64,000 nucleotides of DNA. Origin: Candidatus Marinacidobacterales bacterium (GTDB lineage Bacteria > Acidobacteriota > Vicinamibacteria > Marinacidobacterales > SMYC01). The stretch spans positions 288,001 to 352,000 of the forward strand of contig CBDCYI010000009.1 of NCBI GenBank assembly GCA_965224085.1, written 5' to 3'. Positions 59,561 to 64,000 of this stretch are shown here, piece after piece. Position 1 is the stretch's first letter; each line of letters opens with the position of its first letter. The notes beneath the pieces are model-generated. The model was not told where the DNA came from. It was given only the letters and a program-made list of their open reading frames with translations, and did not search any database. Position numbers and translations under genes: made by a program.

Positions 59561-60696
59561 CGGTCATTGGGGAGCCGGAGCTCGAACGCGCTCGCGAGGC
59601 TGTCTGCGACCGCGAGACCATCGATGGTAGGCGAGAGGCGGCGGCCCTCGAGCTTGACGAGACCTTCGTCGGAAAGCCGGCTCACGAGCTCACGATTCGT
59701 CTCGATTAGATCCACGCCGAACGTTTTCTCGAGGGTCTCGAAATTTACGCCGTCCTGCGTCCGGAAGCGCAGCATGAGCGTTTCGAGGAGGAAGTCTTCG
59801 TCATCGAGCACTTCCCTCCCCTCGACCGGGCTTTCATCTCGCTCGAGACGCTTCTCCCATGCGAAGAACGAGCGCACGTTCCACGAACGGCTCCGCCCGT
59901 CGAACGCGTGCGCCGACGGTCCTACGCCGAGGTAGGGCGTGTGGTTCCAATACTTCTCGTTGTGACGCGAGCGATGCTCGGGGCCGCGCGCGAAGTTCGA
60001 GACTTCGTAGCCATCATAATCCGCAGCGCCGAGCACGCGATGGGATTCGCGAAAGAGCGCCCCTTGCATCGTGTCGTCCAACTCGACGAGGCGGCCCTCT
60101 CTCTTTCGGCGCCCGAACATGGTCTTCGTGTGGACGGTGAGCTGGTAGCAGCTCACATGATCGGGCTCGAGTGCGACCGCGTCTTCGAGCTCGCGCCGCC
60201 AATCGGAGAGCGGCTGCCCGGGCCATCCAAAAATCAAGTCGATCGAGACGGTGTGGAAAGAAGCCGCCTTGGCGACCTCGAGCGCACGGCGCGACGCATC
60301 CGCCGAATGGCGTCGTCCGAGCAGCGCGAGTGCTTTGTCCTGAAAGGATTGGATCCCGAGACTGAGCGTATCCACACCGAGCGCCTTCCATGCTGCAACC
60401 GTCTCCTCGTTCACGTCTTCAGGATTGGCCTCGAGAAACACCCGCGCCCCGGAAGCGAGCTGTGCTGCGCCCAGGATCGCGCCAAGGCCGTCGGGCTCCA
60501 AAAGCGAAGGTGTTCCGCCACCGAAATAAAGCGTGTCAAAGGCGGCGGGCCCTTGCCGGGTCTCGAGCTCCCGCAGAAGGCTCTTCGTGTAGCGCTCGCG
60601 CCGGCTCGCGAGTGTATCCGTCACGACCGCAAAGTCGCAATAGGGGCAAATGGCCGAGCAAAAAGGAACGTGTACGTAGAGCCCCGGCTCACTCAT
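59539..60696 (-). CDS. hemW: Radical SAM heme chaperone
   Basis: LYVHVPFCSAICPYCDF, FGGGTPS, YEVSNFA and HNEKYW, adjacent to lepA. Confidence 0.85.
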   Translation of the reverse strand: MSEPGLYVHVPFCSAICPYCDFAVVTDTLASRRERYTKSLLRELETRQGPAAFDTLYFGGGTPSLLEPDGLGAILGAAQLASGARVFLEANPEDVNEETVAAWKALGVDTLSLGIQSFQDKALALLGRRHSADASRRALEVAKAASFHTVSIDLIFGWPGQPLSDWRRELEDAVALEPDHVSCYQLTVHTKTMFGRRKREGRLVELDDTMQGALFRESHRVLGAADYDGYEVSNFARGPEHRSRHNEKYWNHTPYLGVGPSAHAFDGRSRSWNVRSFFAWEKRLERDESPVEGREVLDDEDFLLETLMLRFRTQDGVNFETLEKTFGVDLIETNRELVSRLSDEGLVKLEGRRLSPTIDGLAVADSLASAFELRLPNDRCQRPSL

Positions 60697-62488
60697 CCGA
60701 CTTGAGCACAGCGACGAAGGCCGATTGGGGGATCTCGACCGCGCCCACCATCTTCATGCGCTTTTTGCCCTCTTTTTGCTTCTCGATCAGCTTTCTCTTT
60801 CGGGTGATGTCGCCGCCATAGCATTTAGCGGTGACGTCTTTGCGATAGGCGTTGATGGTCGTGCGCGCGATGATCTTGGCGCCAATCGCACCCTGGATGG
60901 CGATTTTGAACTGCTGCTTGGGGATCGTGTCGGCAAGGCGCTCGCAATAGCGAAGCGCGCGCGCCCGGGCCTTGTCTTCGTGCACGAGCTGCGACAAAGC
61001 GTCGACCTTCTCGCTGTTGACGAGGATGTCGACTTTCACAATCTTGGTCTCGCGATAGTCGAGCATCTCATAGTCGAACGAGCCGTAACCCTGAGTGACG
61101 GTTTTGAGACGATCGTAGAAATCGAAAAGCACTTCCGCGAGGGGAAGCTCGGACGTGAGCTCGACCCGCCCGACGGATAGATAATTGAACGTCGAGCCCA
61201 AGCCACGCCGATCGCGGCAGAGCTCCATGATGACACCGACATAGCGCTCCGGGATCATGATCGACGCCTTGATGAAAGGCTCTTCGGTCCGGGAAATCTT
61301 CATCGGATCAGGGTATTCGCTCGGGTTGTCGATCATGGCCGTCGCGCCGTCCTCGAGCGCGACGCGATAGCGGACCGACGGCGCCGAGAGCAGAAGCGAC
61401 AGGCCGTATTCTCGCCGCAAGCGCTCCTGGATGACGTCGAGATGCAAGAGACCCAGAAAACCGCAGCGAAAGCCGAAACCGAGGGCCGCCGAGGAGTCTT
61501 TCTCGAAAGTCAAGGCGGGATCGTTCAGCGCGAGCTTGTCGAGCGCCTTCGTCAAGTCTTCGTAGTCGTCCGTCGACATCGGATAGATCGACGAGAATAC
61601 GACAGGCTTCGCTTCCTTGTAGCCGGGTAGCGGCTCCGAAGCCGGGTTTCTGACGTCGGTGATCGTGTCTCCAATCGCGATGTCGCGGATGGTCTTGATG
61701 TTGGCGATCACATAGCCCACCGCGCCCGCTGTGAGCTCCTTCATCTTGACCCGTTTGAGCCGCAACAGGCCAACTTCCTCGACGTCGTACTCCTTTCCCG
61801 TGTGCATCAAGCGGATGGTCTGTCTTGGTGCGAGCATGCCTTCCTTGACGCGGCACACAACGACGACGCCGCGATAAGCGTCATATTGAGCGTCGAAGAT
61901 CAACGCTTGCGTCGGTTTTTCCGAGTCTCCCGAGGGTGCTGGGAGCTTTTCCACGATGGCTTCGAGAAGCTCGTCGATCCCGTGCCCTAGCTTGGCCGAG
62001 ACCGAAACGGCCTCGAAAGGGTCAAGCCCTAAATCCGCCTCGATCTCTTCACGCGCGCGGTCGATATCAGCAGCCGGCAGGTCGATCTTATTGATGACAG
62101 GAAGTATTTCTAGCTCGTACTCCATGGCCAAGTAGAGATTCGCGACCGTTTGCGCTTCCACTCCCTGTGAGGCATCGACGAGCATGAGCGCGCCTTCACA
62201 CGACATGAGAGAGCGCCGGACTTCGTGCGAGAAGTCCACGTGACCGGGGGTATCGATGAGATTGAGCTGGTACTGCTGGCCGTCCTTGGAGTCATAAATG
62301 AGCGTGACGGTGTTGCTCTTGATGGTGATGCCCCGCTCGCGCTCGAGCTCCATCGAGTCGAGGATCTGGTCCCGGAACTCACGTTCCGGGACGCCTCCGC
62401 AGCGTTGAATGAGCCGATCGGCAAGCGTCGATTTCCCGTGGTCGATATGCGCGATGATGCAGAAATTGCGTACTTGTTTGAGTGACAT
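60689..62488 (-). CDS. lepA: Elongation factor 4
   Basis: AHIDHGKSTLAD, RERGITIK, DTPGHVDF, GFRCGFLGLLH and KCYGGD.TRKRKL. Confidence 0.97.
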   Translation of the reverse strand: MSLKQVRNFCIIAHIDHGKSTLADRLIQRCGGVPEREFRDQILDSMELERERGITIKSNTVTLIYDSKDGQQYQLNLIDTPGHVDFSHEVRRSLMSCEGALMLVDASQGVEAQTVANLYLAMEYELEILPVINKIDLPAADIDRAREEIEADLGLDPFEAVSVSAKLGHGIDELLEAIVEKLPAPSGDSEKPTQALIFDAQYDAYRGVVVVCRVKEGMLAPRQTIRLMHTGKEYDVEEVGLLRLKRVKMKELTAGAVGYVIANIKTIRDIAIGDTITDVRNPASEPLPGYKEAKPVVFSSIYPMSTDDYEDLTKALDKLALNDPALTFEKDSSAALGFGFRCGFLGLLHLDVIQERLRREYGLSLLLSAPSVRYRVALEDGATAMIDNPSEYPDPMKISRTEEPFIKASIMIPERYVGVIMELCRDRRGLGSTFNYLSVGRVELTSELPLAEVLFDFYDRLKTVTQGYGSFDYEMLDYRETKIVKVDILVNSEKVDALSQLVHEDKARARALRYCERLADTIPKQQFKIAIQGAIGAKIIARTTINAYRKDVTAKCYGGDITRKRKLIEKQKEGKKRMKMVGAVEIPQSAFVAVLKSDE

Positions 62489-62600
62489 GGTCGGCTAAAC
62501 CCTTGATTTTAGCACGGATAAATCTTTGGCCTTGACGAAAGCAGTCGTCCCGTATTAAACGAAGCCGGGTGGAGCACTAATTTTGAATTGGGAGGCATTG

Positions 62601-63032
62601 ATGGACAGTTTGCTCGCTAGATTCTCAGGGATTATTTACGCCGCACTTCGGATTGTGACCGGGCTTTTGTTCGCTCAGCACGGCGCCCAAAAGCTCTTCG
62701 GGTTTCTCGGTGGCATGGGCGAGGACGGCGGCACGGCGCCTTTCCTTTCCCTAATGTTTTTCGCGGGCGCTATCGAGTTCTTTGGAGGTCTTCTGGTCGC
62801 GGCGGGCTTCAAAACGAGCTGGGTCGCATTCATCGCGAGCGGTGAAATGGCCGTCGCTTATTTCATGGCGCATGCGTCGCGAGGGCTCTTTCCCATACAA
62901 AACCGCGGTGAGCCCGCCGTGCTCTACGCTTTCGTTTTCTTGTATATCGCTGCCCACGGCGCTGGGATGTTCAGCGTCGACTCTGTATTCGGGACTTCGA
63001 AAAAGCCCGAAGGCGCAACCGCCACGGCTTGA
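62601..63032 (+). CDS. DoxX family membrane protein
   Basis: GGAGG RBS, LRI..GLLF.QHG.QKLFG, GEMAVAYF..H and GAG.FSVD. Confidence 0.9.
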   Translation: MDSLLARFSGIIYAALRIVTGLLFAQHGAQKLFGFLGGMGEDGGTAPFLSLMFFAGAIEFFGGLLVAAGFKTSWVAFIASGEMAVAYFMAHASRGLFPIQNRGEPAVLYAFVFLYIAAHGAGMFSVDSVFGTSKKPEGATATA

Positions 63033-63110
63033 GCCTGTGCTGCCGAGGCCGGTGTTTCGGACGCGACAGCGTGATTAAAGGCACTCCCCTTTGGGAATCA
63101 AAGTGGGCGA

Positions 63111-63594
63111 TTACGCGTGGCCGCGAAGCGCTTCGCGCTCTCGATGCGTAATCGTCACACCTTTGTCGGCTAACTCCAAGACGATCGCATCGTAGCGGTC
63201 CCCGAGAAAACTCTCGTCGGGGAACAAGACGCCGCGCGTCGATATCGAGCCCGATGCAATGCGTCGCGCCGCGCAAGCGGCGGTGAACCCCGTCGTGCGT
63301 GCCATCGCCGTGTTTCCTGTAGCGGTATCAAAGAAATCGATGAGCTCGCGCAGCTCCCCATTCTTACTACCCTGAACGAGCACCTTCAAAACGAGAATGT
63401 CGCCAGCTGGCCCGAGCTTCAAACGGTCCTCGAGCACTTTCTGCAAAACCACGACGGGAGGAACGCTCGTGCCAAAAACGTCGACGGGGCGGCTCTCGAA
63501 AAGGCCGCATGCTTGAAGCAGCTGGATAGCCGCGACATGGCCCGGATAGCGAAGGGTCTTCTCGTAGAGATCGCCTTGTACGCGGTCCCCAACC
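63111..63594 (-). pseudogene. C-terminal fragment of a saccharopine dehydrogenase-like oxidoreductase
   Basis: EKTLRYPGH, TAMARTTGF and GVLFP.E-like motifs are present. The NAD-binding N-terminus is absent. Confidence 0.65.
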
Positions 63595-63966
63595 GTGATG
63601 GCCGCGGTTTACGACGATCACGACGCGCTCGTCGACGCTATTTACCAAGGCAAGGAGAACCTCCGACCGATCTACGAGACTGTCGCGAAAACCGCGAAGA
63701 AACTCGGGAAAGACGTCGAGCTCATGGCCCGCAAAGGCTACGTCACCGTGGCGCGAAAGCGGCAATTCGCCGCGATCCAACCGTCGACGAAATCGCGCCT
63801 GGATTTAGGGCTCGTTCTCCCGGGCGTCCGAGCCAAAGGCACGCTCATCGCCAGCAAGAACGTTGGCGGCGGCCGGGTGACGCACCGGATCGCACTCGAG
63901 AAGAAGTCGGACTTCGACGCCGAAGCGAAAAAGTGGTTGAAGGCCGCCTTTGACGGGGACGCCTGA
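63595..63966 (+). CDS. DUF5655-like domain protein, probably 5'-truncated
   Basis: LRPIYE, KGYV...RKRQFA.I.P..K.RLDLGL, THRI and WLK.A. It abuts a divergent gene fragment with no room for a promoter. Confidence 0.6.
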   Translation: MMAAVYDDHDALVDAIYQGKENLRPIYETVAKTAKKLGKDVELMARKGYVTVARKRQFAAIQPSTKSRLDLGLVLPGVRAKGTLIASKNVGGGRVTHRIALEKKSDFDAEAKKWLKAAFDGDA

Positions 63967-64000
63967 ATTTCGCGGAGCTTCCCAAGCTCGCCCGCATCAT

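Overview
A GC-rich bacterial chromosomal segment. The gene repertoire is compatible with Acidobacteriota or similar environmental lineages, but that is inference. I saw no rRNA, tRNA, CRISPR array or intact transposase. Housekeeping anchors are leuB, gdhA, hemW and lepA. The most striking block is an 11.3-kb co-oriented cluster (10217-21512): a YqiJ/NfeD-like membrane protein, a flotillin (SPFH), a 1790-aa coiled-coil AAA+ ATPase, a PspA/IM30 (ESCRT-III-like) protein, a classical-clade AAA ATPase with a Vps4/Cdc48-type pore loop, and a CxxCxxCC protein. It is a candidate bacterial membrane-remodelling machine. Other notable items: a candidate ~250-nt sRNA bounded by a near-consensus promoter and a hairpin upstream of leuB; a 163-bp MITE-like palindrome ending in the leuB stop codon; a PHM-like copper monooxygenase next to a PAL-like lyase; a 2-aminobenzoyl-CoA (abm-like) catabolic cluster with an internally deleted acyl-CoA dehydrogenase; a DnaA-box cluster; an attC-like site near a DUF4258/YgiT-type toxin-antitoxin pair; and a Clp1-like/RNase Z-like fusion split by one in-frame UGA. 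From about 24 kb onward many accessory genes are broken by frameshifts, nonsense codons and deletions that fuse unrelated gene halves, indicating genome erosion or assembly error. All family assignments come from reading motifs by eye; no database searches were run.
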